This document shows, one piece after another, positions 38,419-48,086 of a stretch of DNA of 64,000 nucleotides (positions are counted from its first letter, which is position 1; each line of letters begins with the position of its first letter). The DNA is from a bacterium (lineage in GTDB: Bacteria > UBA8248), in NCBI GenBank assembly GCA_965213685.1, contig CBDBZY010000044.1, forward strand, positions 160,001 through 224,000, in the 5' to 3' direction. The notes under the pieces are model-generated. The model had not been told where the DNA came from. It made no database searches and saw only the letters and a program-made list of their open reading frames with translations. A program made the position numbers and the translations under genes.

Positions 38419-39620
38419 CCGTTCGCTCCCGTGCGGAAAAGGGTCAGGCAGGTGATGTCGTCGAACTGGGGGGCGTCGCCCGAGAAGGCCCGCACCGCCC
38501 GAAAGACCGCCGTGTTGGCCTCGCGCGCGTCGGTCGGCGGCGAATCGGCGAACACCTGGCGCAGGCGGTCGAGCCCGAACTGCTCCTGCCGGTTGTTCTC
38601 GGCTTCCGTCACGCCGTCGGTATAGAGGATGATGGCGTCGCCGGGGGCGAGGGTGACGGCGTTCCTCTTGAACGTGAAATCGGGCGCCACTCCGAGTGCC
38701 ACCCCGGGCGTCCGGGGAAGGAGGGTCGAGGTGCCGTCGGCGTGGACGATGAGCGGGGTGTTGTGCCCGCCGTTGGAGTAGACGAGCTCTCCGCTCGCCG
38801 GGTCGTAGACCGCGAAAAAGATGGTGACGAACATGGCGGCCTCGTTGTTCTCCTGCAGGAGGCGGTTGACCTCGCGCAGCACCTCGCCGGGCTGGAGGAG
38901 GCGGTTGATCTCGCTCAGCACCTCGCCGGGACTGGAGCGGGCGATGGCCACGCTGTTGAGAAGCGTGCGGCTGGACATCATGAACAGGGCGGCGGGCACC
39001 CCCTTGCCGGATACGTCGGCGACGGTGATGCCGATGCGGCCGCCGGAGAGGTGCATCACGTCGAAGAAGTCGCCGCCCACGTCGCGGGCGGGCTCCATGC
39101 TCGCGAACACCTGGTATTCGGGGCTTTCGGGGAATTTTTTCGGCAGAATCGACTGCTGCATCCTGCTGGCGAGGGCGAGGTCGCTTCTCAGGGCGACGAG
39201 CTTGTCGCGCGCCGACAGTGCGTCGCGCAGCATGGCGAGGTGGCTCAGGGTCCGTTCTATGGTGATTCGCAGATCCTCGAAGTCGATCGGCTTGGTGACG
39301 AAGTCGAAGGCGCCTCTGTTCATCGCCGTGCGGATGTTCTTCATGTCGCCATACGCCGAGACGATGACGCAGCGGACGTTCGGGTCGACCGAGGGGATTT
39401 GCTTGAGCAGCGTGAGGCCGTCCATCACCGGCATGTTGATGTCCGTGAGGACCATGTCGATCGCCTCTTCCTGGCTCAGGCGCTCCAGCGCCTCGATCCC
39501 GTTGCGGGCGAAGACGAACGCGTAGCGGCCTTTGCGAATCTCGCGGCGCATGCGCTGCAGCACGAGGTGTTCAAGGTCGGGTTCGTCATCCACCACGAGA
39601 ATCTTGCACGGATCCTGCAT
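38415..39620 (-). CDS. Response regulator receiver-PP2C (SpoIIE/RsbU-like) phosphatase
   Basis: LVVDDE, TDINMP, KP; VGGDFFD, ADVSGKG, YTDGVTEA, DDIT. Confidence 0.92.
   Translation of the reverse strand: MQDPCKILVVDDEPDLEHLVLQRMRREIRKGRYAFVFARNGIEALERLSQEEAIDMVLTDINMPVMDGLTLLKQIPSVDPNVRCVIVSAYGDMKNIRTAMNRGAFDFVTKPIDFEDLRITIERTLSHLAMLRDALSARDKLVALRSDLALASRMQQSILPKKFPESPEYQVFASMEPARDVGGDFFDVMHLSGGRIGITVADVSGKGVPAALFMMSSRTLLNSVAIARSSPGEVLSEINRLLQPGEVLREVNRLLQENNEAAMFVTIFFAVYDPASGELVYSNGGHNTPLIVHADGTSTLLPRTPGVALGVAPDFTFKRNAVTLAPGDAIILYTDGVTEAENNRQEQFGLDRLRQVFADSPPTDAREANTAVFRAVRAFSGDAPQFDDITCLTLFRTGANG
38860..38931 (-). repeat. 39-nt in-frame tandem duplication in the PP2C domain
   Basis: PGEVLSEINRLLQ-PGEVLREVNRLLQ. 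Confidence 0.8.
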
Positions 39621-39778
39621 CCTCGCCTCCCCGCTTCCTGGTTTTCCCCCGGCAGATGCGCGCCCGTTTCCAGGTGATTTCCCATTAAATGTACAGAAAA
39701 ATTTCAGGTCTCACAACTCATTGGTTTGCTCCTGGCTCCTCCCGCCTCCCGCGCCGTTGGCGCCGGTTTCCGCAAGCC

Positions 39779-40823
39779 CTACCCGGGGGGCATCACCAGG
39801 GCGGCGCGTCCCGTGATGCGCCCCTCCCGCAGGCGTTCATGCGCGCGGTTCGCCTCTTCGAGAGCGTAGGTTTGGCTCACCAGGGGCCAGATGTCGCCCC
39901 GCGCCACGAGCCGCAGGGCGTCTATCACCTCCTGCCTGGTGGCGTAGCGGCTGCCCATGATCTGCTGCTCCTCGCGGAGCAGCTCCCGGGGGGGCGAAGG
40001 GAAACGGCTCTATCCGGCTCGCGCCCATGGCGAGGAAGCGCCCCCCCTTGCCCAGGCCGCGCAGGCCGCCCTCCACCCCCTCGGCGGTGCAGACGAAGTC
40101 AACCACGACGTCCACGCCCGCTCCACCGGTCAGGCCCCGGAGCGCCTCGGCCAGGTTCTCCCGGGAGGCGTCCACCGTCTCGTGGGCGCCCATGTCGCGG
40201 CACCTGCCCAGCTTCTCGGGCGCGACGTCGACGGCGATGACGCGCGCCCCCGCCCAGCGCGCCATCATCACCATGTGGATGCCCACCCCGCCGCCGGCGC
40301 CCACCACGGCCACGTTCTCCATCGGCTGGATTTGCGCGCGCCGGACCGCCTTGTAGGGCGTGGCCACGGCGTCGCAGACGACGGCCGCCTCGGCGGGGTG
40401 CGCCCTGTAGTCCAGCCCCTCCGGCAGGCGGATGAAATTCCGCGCGGGCAGCCTGACGTACTCGGCATAGCCGCCGTCCATCTGGCGGCCGACCTGGCCC
40501 GCCAGATTCTCGCACAGGGTCTCGCGGTTGACGCGGCACCACCGGCAGTGCCCGCAAGTGAAATAGTAATACGCCGTCACGGGGTCGCCCTCCCGCAGCC
40601 CGTCCACGCCCGCGCCGACCTGTGCGATTTCCCCGGCGATTTCGTGTCCGATCACGAGCGGAAAGTTCCCGCCCATCCGCCCTGCGCGCGTGTGCTCCAC
40701 CGTCAGGCCCGCACCGCAGGCCAGCACCCGCGCCACCGCCTCGCCCGGCCCCGCGACGGGAAGGGGCCTCTCCTCCAGGATGAACGGCGCGCCTGGTGCC
40801 GGCAATACCATCGCTTTCATCAT
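39779..40823 (-). CDS. Zinc-binding alcohol dehydrogenase, frameshift at G-run ~39990
   Basis: GHE.AG, C..C..C.......C, GAGGGVG; C-terminus MGSRY...GRAAL in the next frame. Confidence 0.85.
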
Positions 40824-40958
40824 CGGCTCCAAGGTCGGAATGGATTTGATTTTGATGAGGGTTTCCCCTGTTTCATGGGGCCCTCCCCGCTGGTGGGAGG
40901 GTAGCCCGGGGAGGCGAAAACGGGGGAGTAGCGGGGGAGGGTGCGCCCCGTTCCCGCA

Positions 40959-41813
40959 TCAGCGCGCCGGCGTGCGGGACGGGGAGGCTTTCTTCTCGCC
41001 CGCCGCGCACCAGTAGGGGGCGGAATCCGACACGCGGACGTTCTCCAGCCCGCTTTCCTCGAGCATCTCGAGGAGCCGCTTTTTGGTGAACCTCTTCTCC
41101 AGTCTGGTGGAAAACCTGTCGAGTGCGTCGGTTCGCATCGTGTAGAAGCCCGTGTTTCTGTAATAGCTCAATGGAACGTGCTCGACGCTGAAGCCCCGGC
41201 GGCTCAGGATTCCCGAGAACCGGGCCAGCGGCAGGTAGACGAATGCCGCGATGAGGTCGCAGATGAATTTTTTCCAGCCGAAGGGAAGGCGCGAGATGAT
41301 GTTTCTGAGGAGGTCGGAACACCGCCAGATCGCGCGAAACCAGAGGGGCCGATTGTCGAAAGCGTAATACAGGTACACGAGAAACGGGGCGCCGGGCTTG
41401 AGCAGCTCGACGCATTTTTTCAGGCCCTGGATCGGGCTGGGAACGTGGTGCAGCACGCCGATCGAATACCCGAAATCCATGGAGCCCCTCTCCAGCGGAA
41501 CCGAATCGACGCTGGCGTGTATGTAGGCGATGTTCGCACAGGCGGCGCAGTGTTTTCGGGCCACCGCCAGTGCCTTTTCGCTGGCGTCGATGCAATACAG
41601 CCTGCCCACGCGCGGGGAGACCCATTTGGCCCACCTGCCGCTGCCGCATCCCAGATCAAAGCCGACCGAGCGAGCGTCCGTCCTGTGCCACGGAAAGACC
41701 GAAAAATAATTCTCAAAGCGTTGTCGGGCTTCTTGCGGGGACAGGGCGGACTGGTCGAAGCGCGTCCATTCCTCCCCGAAATCCGCCACCGTGGCGTCGT
41801 CCTGGTTTTTCAT
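40959..41813 (-). CDS. Class I SAM-dependent methyltransferase
   Basis: DLGCGSGRW, GVLHH, LKPG. Confidence 0.88.
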   Translation of the reverse strand: MKNQDDATVADFGEEWTRFDQSALSPQEARQRFENYFSVFPWHRTDARSVGFDLGCGSGRWAKWVSPRVGRLYCIDASEKALAVARKHCAACANIAYIHASVDSVPLERGSMDFGYSIGVLHHVPSPIQGLKKCVELLKPGAPFLVYLYYAFDNRPLWFRAIWRCSDLLRNIISRLPFGWKKFICDLIAAFVYLPLARFSGILSRRGFSVEHVPLSYYRNTGFYTMRTDALDRFSTRLEKRFTKKRLLEMLEESGLENVRVSDSAPYWCAAGEKKASPSRTPAR

Positions 41814-42918
41814 CCGAACCCCCCGGAGCGGAGGTTTCCCGCACGCACCCCGCAGCTGCGCCTAGGCAGAGGCGGCCGAGCGGGGTCGGTTAGCCCCCCC
41901 CCCCCCCCCCCCCCCCCGCGCGTCGCGCCGGTGTGGACGTGTCGTGCCCATTCGCGGTTGGCCATATACCATTCCACCAGACGCGCGAGGCCGTCGGCGA
42001 GCCGCACCTGAGGCTCCCAGTCCAGGAGCCTCTTCGCCTTGTCGATGTTCGCCCAGCTGGCCTTCGCGTCGGCGGGGTTCATCTCCTCATGGCGCACATC
42101 GGCCCTCTTCTCTGTCAGGGCCTCGATGTGCCGGAGGGCGTCGTTCAGGGCGACGGACCTGTCCGATCCCAGATTGATGATTTCGTATGACAACGGCCTG
42201 AGCGCCGCGACGGTGCCCCGGGCGACGTCGTCCACATAGGTGAAGTCGCGCTGCTGGGAATCCGTCTCCATAGACGAGAACGGGTTTCCCCTCGTGTATC
42301 CACTGCGTGAAGCGGAACAGGCTCATGTCGGGCCGGCCGGCCGGGCCGTAGACGGTGAAATAGCGCAACACCGTCGCGTCGATTCCATACAGATGGTGAT
42401 AGGTGTAGCAGAGTCCCTCGGCCGCCTTTTTCGAGGCCGCATAGGGCGATAGCGGCCTGTCGGTCGGGGCGTCCTCGCGAAACGGCATGAGCCCCCTCCG
42501 CCCCGTAGGCACTCGAGGTGGAGGAGAACACGAATTTCATGACGCCAAAATCCTTGCAGAGTTCCAGCAGGTGAAGCGTGCCGGTGGTGTTGGCGTCGAA
42601 ATACGCCCAGGGGTCCGCGATAGACTCCCGGATGCCCGCGCGGGCGGCCAGGTGCAGCACGGCGGCGAAGGGCGGTGCGTCGCCCGATGCGTTTTCCGCG
42701 AACAGCCGCCGCAAGGCGTCGAGCCGGGTGACGTCCGCCTTGTGAAAAACGAAGCCCGGCCGTGTTTTCAGGCGGGCGAGCCGGTAGTCCTTGAGCCGGA
42801 CGTCATAGGCGTCGTTCATGTTGTCTAGGCCGACGACGGCGTGGCCCTCATCGAGCAGAAGCGCGCATACCCTGGACGCGATGAAGCCCGCCGCGCCGGT
42901 GACGAGATACTTGGCCAC
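41810..42918 (-). CDS. NAD-dependent sugar epimerase (UDP-glucuronate 4-epimerase-like), frameshifted near 42505 and 42275
   Basis: TGAAGFIA, HLAARAG, YAASK, RYFTVYGP.GRPDM, RDFTYVDD. Confidence 0.85.
41894..41917 (-). repeat. G24 homopolymer (coding strand) in the epimerase 3' end
   Basis: 24 consecutive C on the + strand; encodes Gly8. Confidence 0.88.
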
Positions 42919-43175
42919 TCCTGGTTCCTCCTCCCCCGCGCCATGTCGCGTTTGTGTGAAAGTCGGCGGGATGCTATCAGCAATGGACGGGTTCGCAAAG
43001 CGTCCGAAGGGGCGATGAGCCGTCCGCCTTCGGATGAGAAGGCGACCCCATGCGGCGGCGGCTTGCATGTGGTTAAAATCTGTTCCATTATCTATATAGT
43101 AATATAACGAGTTTGTTGTTGCAATCGACGTTTCGCTCTCAGAGTGCGCATGTTCGCCAGGCGGGTGGGGGATGC

Positions 43176-43189
43176 GGGGGGGGGGGGGG
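43176..43189 (+). repeat. G14 homopolymer upstream of the second epimerase
   Basis: 14 consecutive G ending 37 nt before ATG 43227. Confidence 0.8.
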
Positions 43190-43226
43190 CGTTCTTTTTT
43201 CTTTTCGTCCGGGTTGGGAATCTTCC

Positions 43227-43956
43227 ATGGCGAATGTGTTGGTGACGGGAGGGGCCGGGTTCATCGGCGGCCACTTGGTCGAGGCCTGCCTCGAGGCGGG
43301 CGATTGCGTGACGGTGGTGGATAACATGGCGTCCGGCACAACGGAAAACCTCATCGAAGGCGCTGTTTTCCACGAGGGAGACGTTGCGGATTCGGGGTTC
43401 ATGAGCCGCCTGGTGCGAAAGGTGCGCCCGGAGGTCATCTACCATCTGGCTGCCCAGGTGGGCGTGACGCGCAGCACAGCGAAACCCCTCGAGGACGCGC
43501 GCGTCAACCTCATGGGCACGCTCAGCGTCCTGGAGGCGGCCAGGAGTCTCGAGGCACCGCCGAGGGTCGTCTATGCCGCCACGGGGGGAGCTTGCTACGG
43601 GAACCCCGGGGAGGCGAATCGTGGATGAGGGTTGCCCGCTCGCCCCCGCCTCCCATTACGGCATGAGCAAGGTGCTGGGCGAGCAGTCTCTCTTGTTCTA
43701 TGGCGGACTTTTCGGGTTGCCCGTCGTCTCCCTGCGTCTCGCCAACGTCTACGGGCCGCGGCAGCACCCCCGACCTCGAGGCGGGCGTCGTCACGATTTT
43801 CGCGAGAAACCTGATGGGGGGCGAGGCGGTCACCCTCTATGGGCACGGGCGCGCGCGTTTCAGGAGAAAACCGGCTGGCGGCCCAAGTATGGGCTGGAGG
43901 AGGGAATCGCCGCTTTCGTGAAGTCCCTGCAGGCCTATCCGGGCAGGCGCCCATAG
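43227..43956 (+). pseudogene. UDP-glucose 4-epimerase-like gene with frameshifts and an internal deletion
   Basis: VTGGAGFIG, HLAAQ, YGMSK, RLANVYGPRQ in changing frames; jumps from LYGHG directly to the GWRPKYGLEEG C-terminus. Confidence 0.75.
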
Positions 43957-44361
43957 ACGCGCCGGGGGTCGACCAGCACGGCGACGCCCCCTTGCGCCGC
44001 CATCGCCTGGTCGTATTCGGCCCAGTCCGGATGCTCCGAATCCCCGCACGCGCGATATACCTCGCGGAACATCCGCCGCATCCGCTCCTTCTCGGTGTTC
44101 TCGTAGTCGAACAGCCTCGCCGCGCCCTCCACGCTCACCCAGGTGCGCCAGTCGGGGGTGACGCACAGCACCGTGCACCGCGGGTTCGCCCTGAGATTCC
44201 GGAGCTTCACCGACCAGCCGCGCACGATGACGAACGCGGCACAACCCGCATGCGCTCCGCATACGATGACGCTCGAATGCGCCGAGCCGTCCGCCCGGAG
44301 CGTCGTGACGATTCCCTTGTGGTTTTTTTTCCATGAACGGCCTTGCGTCTTCAAAGCGCAT
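43935..44361 (-). CDS. PPOX-class (pyridoxamine 5'-phosphate oxidase-like, possibly F420-dependent) oxidoreductase, frameshift in A-run near 44328
   Basis: TLRADG..HSS, K.RNLRANPR, HPDW.EY..AM. Confidence 0.82.
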
Positions 44362-44461
44362 TGGGGAGGCACCTCGCTATGGATGAGAAAATAAAACCTT
44401 TCATGCTTCCGGGCATTGTAGCAGAATTTCCGGGGGGAACGCGCTTGAGGGAGGGTCGCGT

Positions 44462-44989
44462 ATGAGCCGTCTCGCGCCGCTTGTGCCGGAAGCCATGCCG
44501 CGGGAGCAAAGGGATGCGTATGAGGAACTCCTCGCCCACCAGCGCGGCGGCGTGCGCGGGCCGTTTGGCGTCTGGGTGCGGAGCCCGGGTCTCGTCACGG
44601 CGCTTCGCGGCCTGATGCGGTTTTATCTCGAGCGGAGCGTGCTCACCGAGGATGTCCGCGAACTCGTCATCCTCATCACCACGCGCCACTGGGGGGCGCG
44701 ATACGCCTACGCCGCGCACGAGGCCCAGGCTCTGGCCAGCGGACTGACGCCCGCGCTCGTGGCCGCCGTGATGGCGCAGGAGGCGCCCGCCTCCGGCACC
44801 GCACTCGAGCTTTGCGTTCACGCCTATTGCGCGGAGCTGCTCCGCACCAAGGGGGTGTCGGACGCCACCTACCGGCAGGCGTTCGCCCTGCTCGGGGAGA
44901 AGGGCGTGGTGGACCTCACCGCCCTCGTCGGCTTTTACTCGACCGTCTCCGTGACGCTCAACGCCTTCGAGATACCCCCCGTGACGTAG
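44462..44989 (+). CDS. Carboxymuconolactone decarboxylase/AhpD-like protein
   Basis: RGPF, RELVIL, Y.YAAH, G.KGVVDL..LVGFY. Confidence 0.85.
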   Translation: MSRLAPLVPEAMPREQRDAYEELLAHQRGGVRGPFGVWVRSPGLVTALRGLMRFYLERSVLTEDVRELVILITTRHWGARYAYAAHEAQALASGLTPALVAAVMAQEAPASGTALELCVHAYCAELLRTKGVSDATYRQAFALLGEKGVVDLTALVGFYSTVSVTLNAFEIPPVT

Positions 44990-45060
44990 AGGGGGAGCAG
45001 CGTATTTGCCGGATACCTACTTGGCTATTCCGCCATTGTGCGCATCTTTGTTCTTTTCTT

Positions 45061-45810
45061 GCGGGCGTGGCTTATGGAAAATTTGACCACTACCGACTGA
45101 TTGACACCATGAGGATATTGCCAAAGGAAGAAAAAGGTTCCCGGGAGCCGGTTTTGGGTGTGGAGGAAGGCGGGTTGGAATCCGCGGAGGCGCTGTTGCT
45201 CGCGCGATATTTTATGTTTTCACAAGTCTATTATCATCCCGTCCGCCTGATGTATGATCGGCACTTGTACGATTTTTTAACATCCTGGCTGAAAAAGGAA
45301 CGGAAAGAGGAAGTATTCCCGACGACCTATGAAGGGCATTTGAAGTATACGGACAATGAAGTCATGTCCTCCATATTATCTGTCGCCAAAGACGAATCCC
45401 ATCCTGCCCATGCGCACGCCGCCCGCATCGTTCATAGACGCCATTTCAAAAACATTTATCGGCCCACTGCCGGGGACAAAAAACTTTCTTTGGAATCAGG
45501 TAAATCTTTGAAGCCAGGCAAAAAAATGTATGAAGCGGCATCCAAGGAATTCGGCAAGGAAAAAGTGAAACATGTTCAGATACCGCAAAAGCGCGGCAAA
45601 AATAATTTTCCGGTTCTTGTACAAGGGAATTTTCCGGTTCTCATACAAGGGAAGAGGATCGCGCAGGCGGTGAATGAGAAAGAAACATTCTCCAACATTC
45701 CGTCAGCGTCTTGTGATCATGTGTTTGCTGCACCCGAAATCAGGGACAAAGCCGGTGATTGGCTGGAGGCAAACAGAGAGAGAATCCTTTCATCTGCCGG
45801 GGAGAACTAG
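45061..45810 (+). pseudogene. C-terminal remnant of HD-domain dNTP triphosphohydrolase (YwfO/SAMHD1-like)
   Basis: AGVAYGKFD..RLI, E.LLLARYFMFSQVYYH, YTDNEV; HD motif and DADRMDY region absent; lower GC. Confidence 0.78.
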
Positions 45811-45814
45811 GCGC

Positions 45815-46354
45815 ATGGAGCGATTGGAGAGGGCCGCTGTTATCGTGTCTTTGGCCGCCAAACTTAGAGATGGCGGTAGCTGGTGTGGGGAAACGCATCT
45901 TCAGAAGGGGACGTATTTTTTGCAGCATTGGCTGGAAGTGCCATTGGGGTTTGATTTTATCCTTTACAAGCACGGTCCTTTCTCCTTTGATTTGGGCGAT
46001 GAGCTATCCTGGATGCGGGCGAACGACCTCTTGAAACTGGCACCGCAACGGCCGCCGTACGGACCGAAGCTGATACCCGGTGAAAATGCGCAGCTTTTGA
46101 AGAGAGCATGCCCGAAACCGATCGGGGAACACGCGGCCAAAGTTCAAGAGATCGCGGAGAAATTCGCTCCGATGGACGTGAGAAAATTGGAGAGATACGC
46201 TACGGCATACTATGTTTCTCGGGAGCATGGAGAAGAGGATGACATCGCGATCGCATCTAAAATTGTTGCGCTCAAACCGCATATCAGCCAGGGCGAGGCA
46301 CAGGAGGCTGTGGAGTTTGTCGGTCGGTTAAGAAGCGACTTGCCGAATGGGTGA
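45815..46354 (+). CDS. YwgA/SocA(Panacea)-like protein downstream of the HD remnant
   Basis: G.THLQK.TYFLQ...F.F.LYKHGPFS.DL motif; LE.YAT..Y. Confidence 0.65.
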   Translation: MERLERAAVIVSLAAKLRDGGSWCGETHLQKGTYFLQHWLEVPLGFDFILYKHGPFSFDLGDELSWMRANDLLKLAPQRPPYGPKLIPGENAQLLKRACPKPIGEHAAKVQEIAEKFAPMDVRKLERYATAYYVSREHGEEDDIAIASKIVALKPHISQGEAQEAVEFVGRLRSDLPNG

Positions 46355-46386
46355 ATCATGTTCGCCCATGTTTTTGGGCGACGTTC

Positions 46387-47917
46387 TCACCCGGGGCATC
46401 TGCCGGCGTCCCGCGTCATGCTCAGGAGCCTCTCCTGGACGCTCTCGCTCCATGCGCCCTCCTGCATCCGCCAGAGCCAGTTGCCCCCCGTGACGCCGGG
46501 GCGGTTCATGCGCGCCCCGGTGCCCAGGCCGAGCACGTCCTGTGCGGAGATGATGGCGAGTGCGGCCCGGGATTTCAGCGCGGTCCAGATCATCGACCAG
46601 TGAATGTCCTCGGGCTCTCCCCCGAAGGTTCGCAGCGCCATGGCGCGCGAGGTGGCGAAATCCGCGGGCGATTCGGTGTGGAGAACCGGGTCCGTGCCGT
46701 GAAACCAGCCCTGGGCGGTGTCGTTGTCATGCGTGCCGGTGTAGACCGCCGCGCGCTCGGGAATGTTGCGGGGAAGATGGGGGTTGTCCGGGCTGCCGTC
46801 GAAGGCGAACTGCAGGACGCGCATGCCGGGCAGGCCGAACCGATCCCGCAGGGCGTGGACGTCCTCGCCCACGGCGCCCAAATCCTCGGCGATGAGGGGG
46901 AGGGTGCCCAGCTCCGCCTCGAGGGCGCGGAAAAAGGCGTCTCCCGGCCCCGCGCGCCACGCGCCGTCCGCCGCCGATTCGGCATCCGCCGGAATCGCCC
47001 AGAAGCGCGCGAAGCCGATGAAGTGGTCGAGGCGCAGGGCGTCGAATCGCGAGACGTGCGCGCGGAGGCGCATCTTCCACCAGGCGAAATCCTCCGCGCG
47101 GTGCGCCGCCCAGTCGTACAGGGGATTTCCCCAGCGCTGTCCCTCCCGGTTGAAGTAGTCCGGCGGCACGCCGGCGAAGGCGCTCGGCCGGCCGGATGCG
47201 TCGAGTTCAAACAGGCTCCTCCTCGCCCATACGTCCGCAGAATCGTGGGCGACGTAGATGGGGAGGTCCCCGATGAGGCCGACCCCGTTTTGCGCGGCGT
47301 AATCCCGGAGGGCGGCCCAGTGCTGGTGAAAGAGGAATTGCTCGAAGCGCGCGTAGCGGACGTTCTCCTGAAACGCCGGCGCATCGAGGTCCCCGCATCT
47401 CGCCTCCTCCGGCCACGCCCACCAGGGGGAGTCGCCAAACGCGCGCTTGAGCGCCTGGAACCTCGCATAGTCGGCCACCCAGTGCGCATTCGCCTCACAG
47501 AAGCGCTCGCACGCGGCGGCGGCCTCCGCCCCGCCCTCGTTCGAGAATCTCTCGAACGCCCGCCGGAGCAGGGATTCGTGCGCCTGTGCCGCCTGGGCGT
47601 GGTCGATTCCTCCGCCGGGCGGGGGTTGGGCGCCTCTGCGCTCCTTTTCGGAGAGGAGCCCCTCCTCGGCCAGCCGGTCGAGCGATATCAGCAGCGGGTT
47701 TCCCGCGAAGGTGGAGGAGGACACGTAGGGGGAACCCGTCTGGTCCGTGGGGCATACGGGCAACATCTGCCACCAGGTCTGACCGGACGCCCGGAGGTGG
47801 TCGATGAACTCGAACGCGGCGGGGCCCAAATCGCCGAAAACCGCTCTCGCCCGGCAGCGAGGTGGGGTGAAGCAGGATGCCGCTGCTTCTGGTATCAAGC
47901 GGATTCGCCTGGCGCAT
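46387..47917 (-). CDS. malQ: 4-alpha-glucanotransferase (GH77), frameshift near 47850
   Basis: RSSGILLHPTSLPG, WQMLP, GDLPIYV, GVPPDYF, RLDHF, IAEDLG, YTGTHDN. Confidence 0.93.
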
Positions 47918-48086
47918 TCCTGGGGGGATCACTCATCGTAGGGGTTGTGTGGGCGCCTGCGCTTCTTCTCGCATCGGCTGGGCCTCGCGTGCGCCGCCGA
48001 CGGGTTCGGGGAACTATATGACACGGGGCGCGCCGTTTGTTCAAGCCCGGCGTCCCGACGGGTTCGGCATGGGCGCCGCGGGCGCG

